Shown piece after piece: positions 26,174 to 35,685 of a stretch of DNA of 64,000 nucleotides. The stretch is from positions 165,399 through 229,398 of the forward strand of contig CAZDZV010000001.1 of assembly GCA_964510025.1 (NCBI GenBank). The letters are read 5' to 3'. Each line of letters opens with the position of its first letter. Position 1 is the stretch's first letter. The notes under the pieces were generated by a model. The model was not told the origin of the DNA, did not search any database, and saw nothing but the letters and a program-made list of their open reading frames with translations. The DNA comes from an uncultured Methanosarcinales archaeon (GTDB lineage Archaea > Nanobdellota > Nanobdellia > Woesearchaeales > DATDXC01). The position numbers were made by a program, and so were the translations under genes.

Positions 26174-26752
26174 TTATCTGGATGAAAGAATCCTCTTGAC
26201 AGCTTCCAGGTCTTTAGGGGAGCGCATCTCGTAAGGGTCAGAGGCAAATGAAGCCAATATGGTCTTGACTTTATATTTATTACAGATTCTAATGTTCTGT
26301 TTCATCCTCCCAATAATCTTTGACCTTTGTTCACCCTTATTATCCAGTATAAGGTTAAAGGAAAAGGCCATTGTAACATTATTCTGGCTGGCGAACCTGC
26401 ATGCTGTATGATTTAGTCCAGATGCACGATGGTGAATGAAATCCCGTTTTCCTGTATTTTCAAGGTTAAATGCTACGAAATCTGTGTTCTTCTCTATTAC
26501 ATGGCGGTCGGGATTTTGAACCAGTACATATTTGGTATGCTTCTTAGCATTTTTTATGTTTTTTGGGAGAGCCAATAAACCGAATTCTTTGATTTTTTCC
26601 TTAGCTTGGGCAATCTTTACGCCGTAATCATATATAAATACAAGATTATCAAAACCTAGACTTCTGCCCATTCTAAGAAAATCCTCCTCATTATTATGGG
26701 GAAAAACAAAATCCAGCATTTTAATAAGAGATAGATTCACCTTTATAAACAT
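26174..26752 (-). CDS. rnp3: RNase P protein component 3 (Rpp30)
   Basis: The C-terminal two-thirds (HHRASGLNHTACRFASQNNVTMAFSFNLIL...IGRMKQNIRICNKYKVKTILASFASDPYEMRSPKDL) follows the archaeal Rpp30 pattern (GxDHv...a..n.va.gfsl..ll...r..ll......l..ky.v...ltS.A......R.prDl). The start may be M12 at 26719. Confidence 0.7.
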   Translation of the reverse strand: MFIKVNLSLIKMLDFVFPHNNEEDFLRMGRSLGFDNLVFIYDYGVKIAQAKEKIKEFGLLALPKNIKNAKKHTKYVLVQNPDRHVIEKNTDFVAFNLENTGKRDFIHHRASGLNHTACRFASQNNVTMAFSFNLILDNKGEQRSKIIGRMKQNIRICNKYKVKTILASFASDPYEMRSPKDLEAVKRILSSR

Positions 26753-26781
26753 TTATATAGTTAAATGGATTCTAAAATACT

Positions 26782-27672
26782 ATGCAGATAATTTTTTTAG
26801 GAACCTCCTCCATGGTGCCGACTAAAGACAGAAACCAAAGTGGGATTTTGATCAGCTATAACCAGCATGGAATTTTGGTAGACTGTGGTGAAGGCATTCA
26901 GAGGCAGATGAAAAAGGCCGGGATTCCACTAACCAAGATCACGAAGATACTGATAACACATTGGCATGGGGACCATGTTTTTGGTCTTCCAGGTGTAATT
27001 TCAACCCTGGGTGCTTCAGAATACACGAAAACTCTAGAGATATATGGCCCAAAGGGCACATCAAGGCATTACAGGGCAATGATGGATGCTTTTGTTTTCG
27101 ATAGAAGAATAAATGTCGTCATAAAAGAGATAAATGGAGGCATATTTTTTGAGAATAAGGATTTTTATCTTGAGGCCTACAAACTTGAACATGGCATACT
27201 TACTTTCGGATATAATTTTATTGAAAAAGACAAAAGAAGAATAAACTTAAGGAAAGCAAAAAGGCTTGAGATACCGGAAGGCCCTCTGATGGGTCAGCTA
27301 CAGGATGGTCGTCTTATAGAGCATAGAGGTGAAAAGATTAAGCCTGAGGATGTAACGTATATCAAGAAAGGAAAGAAAATCAGTATAATAGCAGATACTG
27401 CTTTATGCGACAACTGCTATAAGATGGCGGAAAAAGCTGATTTGCTCATAAGTGAAGCTACATATTCTTCTAATTTAGAAGAAAAAGGCGCAGAATACAA
27501 GCATATGACTGCAAAACAAGCTGCTTTAATTGCCAATAAAGCAGAGGTAAAAAAGCTGATTCTTACGCATTTATCTGCAAGATACAAGGAAAAGCATGAA
27601 ATTGAGGAGGATGCTCTGGATTATTTCCAGAATACTGTAGTAGCTGATGATTTTTTTAAGATTACATTATAA
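26782..27672 (+). CDS. rnz: Ribonuclease Z (tRNA 3' endonuclease)
   Basis: Metallo-beta-lactamase fold: MQIIFLGTSSMVPTKDRNQSGILI..., the HxHxDH motif ITHWHGDHVFGLPG, a ~300-aa length, and the C-terminal LTHLSARY. Confidence 0.85.
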   Translation: MQIIFLGTSSMVPTKDRNQSGILISYNQHGILVDCGEGIQRQMKKAGIPLTKITKILITHWHGDHVFGLPGVISTLGASEYTKTLEIYGPKGTSRHYRAMMDAFVFDRRINVVIKEINGGIFFENKDFYLEAYKLEHGILTFGYNFIEKDKRRINLRKAKRLEIPEGPLMGQLQDGRLIEHRGEKIKPEDVTYIKKGKKISIIADTALCDNCYKMAEKADLLISEATYSSNLEEKGAEYKHMTAKQAALIANKAEVKKLILTHLSARYKEKHEIEEDALDYFQNTVVADDFFKITL

Positions 27673-27673
27673 A

Positions 27674-28060
27674 ATGAGCAGAAAATCTAAGGGAATCAAT
27701 GCTGAGAGAAACCTCGTACATCAGCTGTGGGCACTTGGCTGGGCAGCTATCAGGATTGCTGGTTCTGGATCGATGAAATACCCTGCAGCTGACGTATTAG
27801 CAACAAATAAACTCAGAAGGCTTGCTATAGAGTGCAAGACCTGTGGAAACCTAAACAAATATCTAAAAAAGGCTGAAATAGAACAACTGCGAGAGTTTTC
27901 CGAATTATTCAATGCTGAGCCATGGATTGCAGTGAAGTTTGACAGGCATGAATGGCTTTTTGTGGATTTAGAGGACCTGACCAATACCGGAAATAATTAC
28001 CTTATTTCATATAATAACGCTATAAATAAAGGCTTATCACTTAATGAAGTCATAAAATAG
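27674..28060 (+). CDS. hjc: Holliday junction resolvase Hjc
   Basis: MSRKSKGINAERNLVHQLWALGWAAIRIAGSGS...AADVLATNKLRRLAIECKT matches the Hjc pattern (kG...ERel...L...Gf.v.R.agSg...pDiiA...laiE.K). The ATG at 27674 lies 1 nt after the rnz stop. Confidence 0.8.
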   Translation: MSRKSKGINAERNLVHQLWALGWAAIRIAGSGSMKYPAADVLATNKLRRLAIECKTCGNLNKYLKKAEIEQLREFSELFNAEPWIAVKFDRHEWLFVDLEDLTNTGNNYLISYNNAINKGLSLNEVIK

Positions 28061-28160
28061 CCTTATTCTCTTTAAAGAGACCTTTAAAGGTTAATCGGAT
28101 AACTAATAGAAATATTTAAATAGATAACTATCTAAAATTAACTTGAAGGGGGTGTGTTGA

Positions 28161-28664
28161 ATGAATCTGTCTAAGAGAGTAATAGAAGATACTGTAGAGC
28201 AAACAGCAGGCAAAGAGCTCATTCCTTTGGTCCATGCCTTAAAAAATAGGAAAAATGTGTCTGAATTTCAGCTGGCATCCAATATTAAAAAAGATATAAA
28301 TCAGACAAGAAATATGCTCTATAAACTATATAATAACAATCTTGTTTCTTCAATTCGAAAAAAGGATAAAAAAAAGGGATGGTATGTTTATTATTGGAGC
28401 CTAAATCTTAATAGGATGAGGTATCTGGCCAGTAAATCCAAGGAAAAGTACCTGGATGCCCTTAAGAAAGCTCTGGACAGGGAAAAGAATATTAGTTTCT
28501 ACTCCTGTTCAGGCAGATGTGTCAGATTGGAATTTGAAAAAGCAGCAGAGCTTGGGTTTAGATGTCCTGAATGCGGAAACCTCCTGCATCAGAAAGATAA
28601 TGCAAATAGGATTGAAAAACTTGAAAAAGATATAATGGAATTAAAAAACAAAATGGAAAAATGA
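28161..28664 (+). CDS. tfe: Transcription factor E, alpha subunit (TFE)
   Basis: An N-terminal winged helix (EFQLASNIKKDINQTRNMLYKLYNNNLVSSIRKKDKKKGWYVYYWSL) is followed by a Zn-ribbon (CSGRCVRLEFEKAAELGFRCPECGNLL). A TATA box lies at 28115-28122 and an SD-like GGGGGTG before the ATG. Confidence 0.8.
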   Translation: MNLSKRVIEDTVEQTAGKELIPLVHALKNRKNVSEFQLASNIKKDINQTRNMLYKLYNNNLVSSIRKKDKKKGWYVYYWSLNLNRMRYLASKSKEKYLDALKKALDREKNISFYSCSGRCVRLEFEKAAELGFRCPECGNLLHQKDNANRIEKLEKDIMELKNKMEK

Positions 28665-28859
28665 CTATCTCTTTCTTTTGAGCTTCTTTTCAATCTTAAT
28701 CTCTTCTTTCATAATTTTGTCTATTACCCTCTCTATATGGAGCTCTATCCTAGCAATTCTTCGTTCCATTAAAACCAGAATCCTAAGAGAGTAGACAATT
28801 GCAGCTAGAGTGCCGATAATGATGGCTAAAGTAATTTCCTGTACTCCTAAAACTGACAT
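28665..28859 (-). CDS. Small membrane protein with basic coiled C-tail (64 aa), hypothetical
   Basis: One TM helix (ITLAIIIGTLAAIVYSLRILVLM) and a Lys/Glu-rich tail. A TTTAAATA on the minus strand lies at 28913..28906. Confidence 0.4.
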   Translation of the reverse strand: MSVLGVQEITLAIIIGTLAAIVYSLRILVLMERRIARIELHIERVIDKIMKEEIKIEKKLKRKR

Positions 28860-28920
28860 TTTATGACCACCTCTTTTATTTTTATACTAAAATGTGGCCG
28901 GTTATATTTAAATCTTTTTG

Positions 28921-29694
28921 TTAAATCGCAAAAATCTTTTCCAGTAGGCTGCCGAAGAATTCTGTATTTACCCAAACGCCAACATCATAGCTTGGATGTA
29001 CTTTTTGATCATCTGAAAGCATAAAAAGAATTTCCTTTCCATCAACTATGCACACCCTAGTCCTTATATCTGTGTCTTTTATTTCTGCGATATTTGCGAG
29101 ATCTTTAACTGCTTTCTTGGCTTCCTTGTCCATCGGAGCAAATATTTTGACGATAGCGCCTTTTTGCCTGGCTTTGTGCAGTACAGCTTTCAGCGCCTTT
29201 GTTTTTCTAATCAAGCCGGTTGAGGTTGTGGATAAAATGATGCTTTTATTGGCATTCTTTATCATCGTGGTTAGATGATTATAGATATTTTCCCTGCCTT
29301 TAATCGAACCTGTCAGATCGGTAGGCTCAAGCAAATCCAACCCCTGATTAAATAGGCTGTTTAGTTCTGACATCAACCTATCTTCTTTAAGCTTGTTTAT
29401 AAGCTGGATATGCTTTTTTGTTTTCTCGTCTATCTTCTTTTTTATCCTCTCTATAACTTCTTCAGGAGGCACTGCCACGTACTTTATGGGCTTGCCAAGC
29501 TTCATTATGATGAATCCTTTCTTCTCAAGACTTTCAAGAACATCATAGCTTCTGCTTCGGGGGACCCCTGCAATATCAGAAAGCTCGCCTGCTGTTGAGC
29601 TTCCACGGGACAGCAAGGCTGTCCAAAGCTTTGATTCGTAGCTGTTTAGACCAAAATCCCTTAATTTAGATAAAAATTCTTTCTGGACTATCAT
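28921..29694 (-). CDS. TrmB-family transcriptional regulator
   Basis: FGLNSYESKLWTALLSRGSSTAGELSDIAGVPRSRSYDVLESLEKKGFI is the canonical TrmB N-terminal wHTH. Length is ~257 aa with a C-terminal effector-like domain. Confidence 0.85.
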   Translation of the reverse strand: MIVQKEFLSKLRDFGLNSYESKLWTALLSRGSSTAGELSDIAGVPRSRSYDVLESLEKKGFIIMKLGKPIKYVAVPPEEVIERIKKKIDEKTKKHIQLINKLKEDRLMSELNSLFNQGLDLLEPTDLTGSIKGRENIYNHLTTMIKNANKSIILSTTSTGLIRKTKALKAVLHKARQKGAIVKIFAPMDKEAKKAVKDLANIAEIKDTDIRTRVCIVDGKEILFMLSDDQKVHPSYDVGVWVNTEFFGSLLEKIFAI

Positions 29695-29778
29695 TTTAGT
29701 TTTGAGAATGGAATACCCCTATATAAATCTTTCTATTATTAACTATTCTATAGTAGTTAAAAAATAATTAGGGAAAGT

Positions 29779-29786
29779 TTTAAATA
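29779..29786 (+). promoter_or_regulatory. TATA box (TTTAAATA) 25 nt upstream of the uORF ATG at 29811
   Basis: The sequence and spacing match those seen upstream of other ATGs in this window (31677, 31900, 54760, 62081). Confidence 0.4.
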
Positions 29787-29810
29787 TTAGGTTTAAACAC
29801 TAAGTGTATT

Positions 29811-29858
29811 ATGAATCAATCAAGGAATATTGATATTATTTCTATTATTATAGCGTAA
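29811..29858 (+). promoter_or_regulatory. Candidate Ile-rich leader peptide uORF (MNQSRNIDIISIIIA*) upstream of cimA
   Basis: Read by hand: 15 codons, 6 of them Ile and 5 of those in the last 7 codons. The TAA at 29856-29858 directly abuts a hairpin (29859-29883) that contains the cimA SD-like GGAG. Confidence 0.3.
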
Positions 29859-29885
29859 GCTGCTTTCTAATCAGGAAAGGAGCCA

Positions 29886-31448
29886 ATGGCCATGACAAAA
29901 ATTTTTGATACAACATTAAGAGACGGCACCCAAAATCCGGAAGTTAACCTTTCGGTACGGGACAAGATTGAGATAGTGAAAGCTTTAGATGATTTTGGCA
30001 TAGATTATATAGAGCTTGGCTGGCCAGGAAGCAATCCAAAGGATATGGAGACTTTCTTGGAAGCCAGTAAATTAAGGCTAAAAAAGGCCAAGCTAGTGGC
30101 TTTTGGTGCCACAAGGAAAAAGGGATTGCGGGCTGAAGATGATAAGAACCTTCAGGCCATCATAAAAAGCAAGGCTGGTGTAGCCTGCATTTTTGGCAAG
30201 ACATGGTTACAGCATGTTGATAGGCAGTTGAATATAACAAAAGAAGAAAACCTTAAATCAATAGAAGAAAGTGTACTTTTTTTGAAAAATAACGGATTAA
30301 AGGTATTTTATGATCTTGAACATTTTTTCGATGGCTTTAAGGATAATAAGAGATATGCTTTGAGGTGTGCTAAGACAGCAGTAGAGGCAGGAGCTGACTG
30401 CATTGTCTTATGTGATACTAACGGAAGCAGTCTTCCCTCTGAAATATTCAGCATAGTCCAGGAATTCAGGAAGAAAATCGGCAATGTATGCATGGGCATA
30501 CATGCCCATAATGATTCAGGAACAGCGGTAGCTAATAGCCTAGCTGCAGTTGAGGCCGGTGTGAATGAAGTACAAGGCACAATAAACGGCTTTGGAGAAA
30601 GAGCTGGCAATGCTGACCTTTGCCAGCTTATACCTAACCTTATGCTAAAAAAGAAGATAAAGCTTCAGGTGAAACTTAAGAAACTTAAGGCACTAAGTGA
30701 CCTAGTCTATACCCTTGCAAACATTAAACCTAACAGCCAGCAGCCTTTTGTTGGGAAGAACGCTTTTTCCCACAAAGGCGGCATACATGTGGATGCTGTG
30801 ATGAAAGGGGCATCTTATGAGCACATAGATCCCAGTTTTGTTGGCAATAAGAGAGATATTGTCCTATCAGATTTAAGTGGGAAAGCAAACATCGTGGAAG
30901 TAGCTAAGAAATATGGCTTTATGGTAAAAAAAGACAATGACAAAGTAGATAGAATGTTAAGGGAAGTTGAGATAATGGAGAAACAAGGTTATAATCTCGG
31001 CAACCTGCATGCTGAGCAATTCCTGTTAACAAACAGATTTTTGAGCAGATACAAGGATTTTTTTAAGGTGAAGACATGGAAAATAATGACTGAGCAGAGA
31101 AACGGGGAGTTTTCTGAAGCAATAATCACAGGCACAGTAGACGGAAAAGACAGAGAAGTTGTGGCCCCTGTAAGCGGCGGGCCTGTGGGTGCAGCATATA
31201 ACGCCCTGATGAAGATGATAGCTACGAACTATAAGGATATCAGAAATGTCAAGCTCATAAACTATAAGGTTATGATAGCTGAGGATAAAGGGGCTGCCAG
31301 TTCTGTCAGGGTTTATATAGAGTTCAAGAATGGAAAAGAAGAGTGGGGCACTGTAGGTGTAAGCAGCAATATACTAGAAGCATCTTTAGAGGCAATCGAA
31401 AAGGGGTTCAGGTATTATCTGCTCAAGCATCATAATGCAGCTTCATAA
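29886..31448 (+). CDS. cimA: (R)-citramalate synthase / 2-isopropylmalate synthase family
   Basis: [69 protein letters not shown], a ~520-aa length and a C-terminal LeuA-dimer-type regulatory domain fit the CimA-type subfamily. Confidence 0.75.
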   Translation: MAMTKIFDTTLRDGTQNPEVNLSVRDKIEIVKALDDFGIDYIELGWPGSNPKDMETFLEASKLRLKKAKLVAFGATRKKGLRAEDDKNLQAIIKSKAGVACIFGKTWLQHVDRQLNITKEENLKSIEESVLFLKNNGLKVFYDLEHFFDGFKDNKRYALRCAKTAVEAGADCIVLCDTNGSSLPSEIFSIVQEFRKKIGNVCMGIHAHNDSGTAVANSLAAVEAGVNEVQGTINGFGERAGNADLCQLIPNLMLKKKIKLQVKLKKLKALSDLVYTLANIKPNSQQPFVGKNAFSHKGGIHVDAVMKGASYEHIDPSFVGNKRDIVLSDLSGKANIVEVAKKYGFMVKKDNDKVDRMLREVEIMEKQGYNLGNLHAEQFLLTNRFLSRYKDFFKVKTWKIMTEQRNGEFSEAIITGTVDGKDREVVAPVSGGPVGAAYNALMKMIATNYKDIRNVKLINYKVMIAEDKGAASSVRVYIEFKNGKEEWGTVGVSSNILEASLEAIEKGFRYYLLKHHNAAS

Positions 31449-31677
31449 ATACCAGGGTTAAAGCAAAGCTTAAATTGATAATGTTGGCAATTATGAAAAC
31501 ATTGTCCATATTCACGAAACCATAAAGAATCCATGAAAACAGACCAAAGCTGATAATTACGAGGAAAGCCATCGAAACATCCCTGAGGGATTTTCTTCGA
31601 TAGCCCTTAATTATCTGCGGCAGATAGCTAATACCTATCAAGACTGTTGCTATAGTGGCGATTATTTCTTTTAGCAT
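31423..31677 (-). CDS. SemiSWEET / PQ-loop family small transporter (84 aa)
   Basis: Three TM helices with the PQ motif (IGISYLPQIIKGYRRKS). I chose the ATG at 31677 because a minus-strand TTTAAATA sits at 31708..31701, 24 nt upstream. The track ORF extends to 31728. Confidence 0.65.
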   Translation of the reverse strand: MLKEIIATIATVLIGISYLPQIIKGYRRKSLRDVSMAFLVIISFGLFSWILYGFVNMDNVFIIANIINLSFALTLVFMKLHYDA

Positions 31678-31700
31678 GGATCTGGTATAGGGGTAATTAG

Positions 31701-31708
31701 TATTTAAA
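31701..31708 (-). promoter_or_regulatory. TATA box for the SemiSWEET gene (leaderless geometry)
   Basis: TTTAAATA on the minus strand, 24 nt upstream of ATG 31677. Confidence 0.45.
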
Positions 31709-31869
31709 TCTACCTTAAGGCAGCACATATCGCACTATCCAAGATACTGAGGGAGAAGATAAATGCTGGATGGAGTTTAAATAGGGTTGCAATTACAAAA
31801 TTAGAGAGAAGGCCGTCAAATGTCAGCCGGCTTTCTTGGTTAGCGGTATTTCATTTAAATAGAGTTAAG

Positions 31870-31877
31870 TTTAAATA
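31870..31877 (+). promoter_or_regulatory. TATA box for the CBS gene (leaderless geometry)
   Basis: TTTAAATA lies 23 nt upstream of ATG 31900. A second copy is at 31853-31860. Confidence 0.45.
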
Positions 31878-31899
31878 GTCATTTTGTTTTTTCCAGATT

Positions 31900-32316
31900 A
31901 TGAAAGTTGCAGACCTAATGAACAAGCACACTGTTGTGGTCTACAAGGGAGACAATGTCCAAAAGGCAGCGGAAATTATGGCAGAGGAGCAAAAGGGATT
32001 TCTGGCTGTTTTAGACAACTCTGAGGAGAAAAATGTTGTGGGGGTGTTGTCTAATACAGATATCATAAACAGAGTGATGGCCAAGAAAATCATGCCGGAC
32101 AGCATCAGTGTGGGGGAAGTGATGACAAAAAATCACATAAATATACAGTCTGATGCTACAACTTCTGAGGCCATGCAACTGATGAGAAAGAACAACATAA
32201 AGAGGGTATTGGTAATTGACAAAGGTATTTTGCAGGGAGTGATATCATCCAATGATCTCCTGGACAAGATGATACAGCATAAGAAACAGCTTCTGGATCT
32301 GGCAATCGATTTTTAG
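31900..32316 (+). CDS. CBS-domain pair protein
   Basis: Two CBS repeats: VVVYKGDNVQKAAEIMAEEQKGFLAVLD...VVGVLSNTDIINRV and INIQSDATTSEAMQLMRKNNIKRVLVIDKGILQGVISSNDLL. Confidence 0.85.
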   Translation: MKVADLMNKHTVVVYKGDNVQKAAEIMAEEQKGFLAVLDNSEEKNVVGVLSNTDIINRVMAKKIMPDSISVGEVMTKNHINIQSDATTSEAMQLMRKNNIKRVLVIDKGILQGVISSNDLLDKMIQHKKQLLDLAIDF

Positions 32317-32429
32317 AGGGAAGTATTTAAATACTATAGCTTATTTATAAATCTTTATAAACAATTTGCTATTATGGGCATAATATAGCCTTTAAATATG
32401 TAAAATAGGTTTATAGGGGGTGCAAATAA

Positions 32430-32996
32430 ATGGCAAAGAAAGAATCTAAGAAAAGAGATATTAAGGTAGTCAATATAGTTGTTTCTACCTCACTAGAACA
32501 CGATATACCGCTTGAAAAGATGGCAGCGACCTTATCTAACACCGAATATAATCCAGAGCAGTTCCCTGGTCTTGTTATCCGGATTAAAGAACCAAAAACC
32601 TCTGCTTTGATATTTTCCAGCGGAAAAGTGGTTTGTACGGGTGCCAGAAGTATGGAAAAAGTACATGAATCCATCAAAAAGATAATAAAAATACTTGAAA
32701 AGATCAAAGTTAAGATTACTATAGAACCTGAAATAAAGATCCAGAATATTGTCGCATCCGGCAGTGTAGGTATGGATCTAAATTTGAATAATCTGGCTAT
32801 GAAGCTTGAAAACACAGAATATGAACCTGAACAGTTCCCTGGTTTGGTATATAAACTGGGGGGAACAGAGGGATTTTTGAAGGCTACTTTCTTACTTTTC
32901 AGCAATGGGAAAATTGTTTGTACTGGAACAAAATCTGAAAAGGAAGCTAACGAGGCTTTAGATCGATTGGTTGTTAACTTAAAGAAAGTTAAATAA
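32430..32996 (+). CDS. tbp: TATA-box binding protein
   Basis: Two direct repeats carry the hallmark YNPEQFPGLVIRIKEPKTSALIFSSGKVVCTGA and YEPEQFPGLVYKL...LLFSNGKIVCTGT. Confidence 0.95.
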   Translation: MAKKESKKRDIKVVNIVVSTSLEHDIPLEKMAATLSNTEYNPEQFPGLVIRIKEPKTSALIFSSGKVVCTGARSMEKVHESIKKIIKILEKIKVKITIEPEIKIQNIVASGSVGMDLNLNNLAMKLENTEYEPEQFPGLVYKLGGTEGFLKATFLLFSNGKIVCTGTKSEKEANEALDRLVVNLKKVK

Positions 32997-32997
32997 A

Positions 32998-35010
32998 ATG
33001 GATGCCAATGAGCAGATAGCCAAATTTAAGGATTTTATAGAGTCTAATTATTACAAGAGGCTAATTGAAAATGTTAGGGCAGGAAAGAAATTTCTTGTGG
33101 TGGATTTCTCAAACCTCAGCAAATTTGATCCTGAAATAGCGGACATGCTTCTGGATCAGCCTGAGGAGGTTATAAAGGCTGCAGAAACAAGTGTTGACCA
33201 TTTTGACCTGCCCGAAAAAGGGATCAAGATAAGGTTTTCAAATCTGCCAGAAAACCAAAAGGTCCTAATAAGGAACATCAGAAGCAAGCATCTTGGCAAA
33301 CTATACTACTTTGAAGGTGTTGTCAGGCAGAAATCGGACGTAAGGCCGCAAGTTGTATCTGCCAAATTTGAATGCCCTAGCTGTGGGAACATCATCAATG
33401 TTTTGCAGCTAGATCAGAAAATGAGGGAGCCATCGAGGTGTGGATGCGGCAGAAAAGGCAAGTTCAAGATGCTGAGCAAGGAGCTCATAGATGCCCAAAG
33501 AATCGTACTGGAGGAAGTTCCTGAGGATTTGGAGGGGGGAGCCCAGCCAAAAAGAATGAGCGTATTCCTAAAGGAAGACCTAGTCAGCCCGTTGACAGAG
33601 AGATATACTAATCCCGGGAGCCGAGTGTTTGTAACAGGCTTTGTAAAAGAGGTGCCTATTATAGGCCGTGACGGAGGTAAATTAACGCGGTTTGACCTGA
33701 TGATAGAAGCTAACTTTGTTGAAGGTGTTCAGGAAGATTTCTATGATATAGAGATATCCAAAGAGGAGGAAGAAAGAATACTGCAACTGGCAAACAGCAC
33801 AAAGATCTATGAGAGGGTTATCAATTCTATAGCACCTTCCATATACGGGCATGATAAAATAAAGGAAGCAATCGCATATCAGCTAGTTAGTGGAGTAAAA
33901 AAGGTCAGGTCTGATGGAGTGAAGACTAGAGGGGATATACACATCTTACTTTTGGGGGACCCGGGTGCCGGCAAATCTCAGCTTCTGAAGAGGGTGGCTC
34001 AAATCGCACCAAAAGCAAGATTTGTCAGCGGCAAGGGAGTATCGGGAGCTGGTCTTACCGCTGCCGTAGTAAGAGACGAATTCCTGCAAGGATGGAGCCT
34101 TGAAGCCGGAGCCCTGCCATTGAGCAATAAGGGATTCTGCATGATTGATGAAATGGATAAAATGAGCCAGGAGGATACATCTGCCATGCACGAAGCATTA
34201 GAGGGCCAGACGATAACAATAAGCAAAGCAAACATTCAAGCTACCTTAAGATGTGAAACAACCGTTTTAGCTGCAGCAAATCCAAAATTCGGAAGGTTTG
34301 ATCAGTATGACATAATTGCTAAGCAAATCAATATGCCGCCGGCCCTGATTAATAGGTTTGATCTTATATTCCCCATCAAGGATCTGCCTGATGAGAAAAG
34401 GGATTCATTGCTTGCAGACCATATATTAAGGCTGCATCAAACGCCAGAAACAAAGAGTCCTGATATTGACACTGAATTATTAAGAAAGTTCATCTCCTAT
34501 AGCAGGCAAAGATGCAAGCCTAAGCTTAGTGATAGCGCGTTGAATGAGATTAAGGCCTATTATGTAAATATGAGAAATAAGGAAGGAGATGAAAGTGCTT
34601 CAAGAAGCGTGCCAATCTCCCCGAGACAGCTGGAGGCCTTAATACGGCTTGCTGAAGCTTCTGCAAAATTACGGCTCTCAAATGAGGTCAAGAAAAAAGA
34701 CGCTAAGAGGGCTATAGATATGGTGCACTACTGCCTGACACAGATAGGTGTTGATCCAGAAACAGGTAAAATTGACATTGACAGGATAGCCACAGGAATA
34801 TCTGCTTCTCAGAGAAGCCATATTTTAAGCATTAAAGAGATAATTACTGAACTTGAGAATAAGATTGGAAAGACAATACCTATAGATGATATAATAAGCG
34901 AAGCTAAGGAAAAGGGCATAGAGGGTGACCGGGTTGAAGAAGCAATTGAAAAACTTAAAAGATCGGGTGATATCTTTGAACCGAGACGTGGCTTTGTGCA
35001 GAAGATATAA
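32998..35010 (+). CDS. mcm: MCM replicative helicase
   Basis: Zn motif CPSCGN...CGCG, Walker A ILLLGDPGAGKSQLL, Walker B CMIDEMDKM, Arg-finger region LINRFDLIF, and a C-terminal wH. The 670-aa length indicates no intein. Confidence 0.95.
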   Translation: MDANEQIAKFKDFIESNYYKRLIENVRAGKKFLVVDFSNLSKFDPEIADMLLDQPEEVIKAAETSVDHFDLPEKGIKIRFSNLPENQKVLIRNIRSKHLGKLYYFEGVVRQKSDVRPQVVSAKFECPSCGNIINVLQLDQKMREPSRCGCGRKGKFKMLSKELIDAQRIVLEEVPEDLEGGAQPKRMSVFLKEDLVSPLTERYTNPGSRVFVTGFVKEVPIIGRDGGKLTRFDLMIEANFVEGVQEDFYDIEISKEEEERILQLANSTKIYERVINSIAPSIYGHDKIKEAIAYQLVSGVKKVRSDGVKTRGDIHILLLGDPGAGKSQLLKRVAQIAPKARFVSGKGVSGAGLTAAVVRDEFLQGWSLEAGALPLSNKGFCMIDEMDKMSQEDTSAMHEALEGQTITISKANIQATLRCETTVLAAANPKFGRFDQYDIIAKQINMPPALINRFDLIFPIKDLPDEKRDSLLADHILRLHQTPETKSPDIDTELLRKFISYSRQRCKPKLSDSALNEIKAYYVNMRNKEGDESASRSVPISPRQLEALIRLAEASAKLRLSNEVKKKDAKRAIDMVHYCLTQIGVDPETGKIDIDRIATGISASQRSHILSIKEIITELENKIGKTIPIDDIISEAKEKGIEGDRVEEAIEKLKRSGDIFEPRRGFVQKI

Positions 35011-35073
35011 CTAAATCTTAAGCCAAAAATTATTTATAGTCCGCCAGATAACTATCGGGTGGGTGGTTAAGTC

Positions 35074-35685
35074 ATGCAGATTAAGCGCAATGTTGCCTTT
35101 CAGATAAGAATAAAGGATATCCTTGATTCTAGATACGTAAAGGGCGACGGTGACTGGTCACCCAACTATCTTGAGCTCGGAGAAGACCATGTCTCCAGGA
35201 TCAACCTAGTTGGGGTGGTTGTATCGAAAAACACAGGAGACAACCACAATAGTCTTCTGTTAGACGATGGTTCCGGCAGGATTGCCATAAGATCTTTTGA
35301 CCACGAAAAGCCGTTGGATGCAGACATAGGTGATTTTGTACTGATCATAGGGCGGCCCAGAGAGTATGGAAACCAAAGATATGTGGTCCCCGAGATCATA
35401 AAACAGCTGGAAAACGGAAAATGGCTTGAACTAAGAAAACTTCAACTGAGGGGAAAATTCCCAAAAAAAATTGTTGCTAACAAAGTGCAAGAAAAAGAAC
35501 CTGCGGAAAATCCGTTGGATAGAATCTTTCAACTAATAAGAAATTCGGATTCGGGGGATGGAGCAGATTTCCAAGATATAATAAAGAAGAGTAACATAAA
35601 AGACAGTGAAAAGATCGTACAGAATCTTCTCGAAAATGGAGAAATCTTTGAGATAAGCCCTGGAAAACTAAAGATATTAGAATAA
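35074..35685 (+). CDS. RPA32/Stn1-like OB-fold protein with C-terminal winged helix
   Basis: SRINLVGVVVSKNTGDNHNSLLLDDGSGRIAIRSFD...GDFVLIIGRPREYGNQRYVVPEII is the RPA2-type OB pattern (v.ivG.V.....t...l.DDgtG.I.v). The C-terminal ~60 aa are wH-like. It lies directly downstream of mcm. Confidence 0.55.
   Translation: MQIKRNVAFQIRIKDILDSRYVKGDGDWSPNYLELGEDHVSRINLVGVVVSKNTGDNHNSLLLDDGSGRIAIRSFDHEKPLDADIGDFVLIIGRPREYGNQRYVVPEIIKQLENGKWLELRKLQLRGKFPKKIVANKVQEKEPAENPLDRIFQLIRNSDSGDGADFQDIIKKSNIKDSEKIVQNLLENGEIFEISPGKLKILE

Noticed and set aside
32411-32905. 164-aa minus-strand ORF
   Set aside because: It is completely antisense to the unmistakable TBP gene, so it is a shadow ORF.
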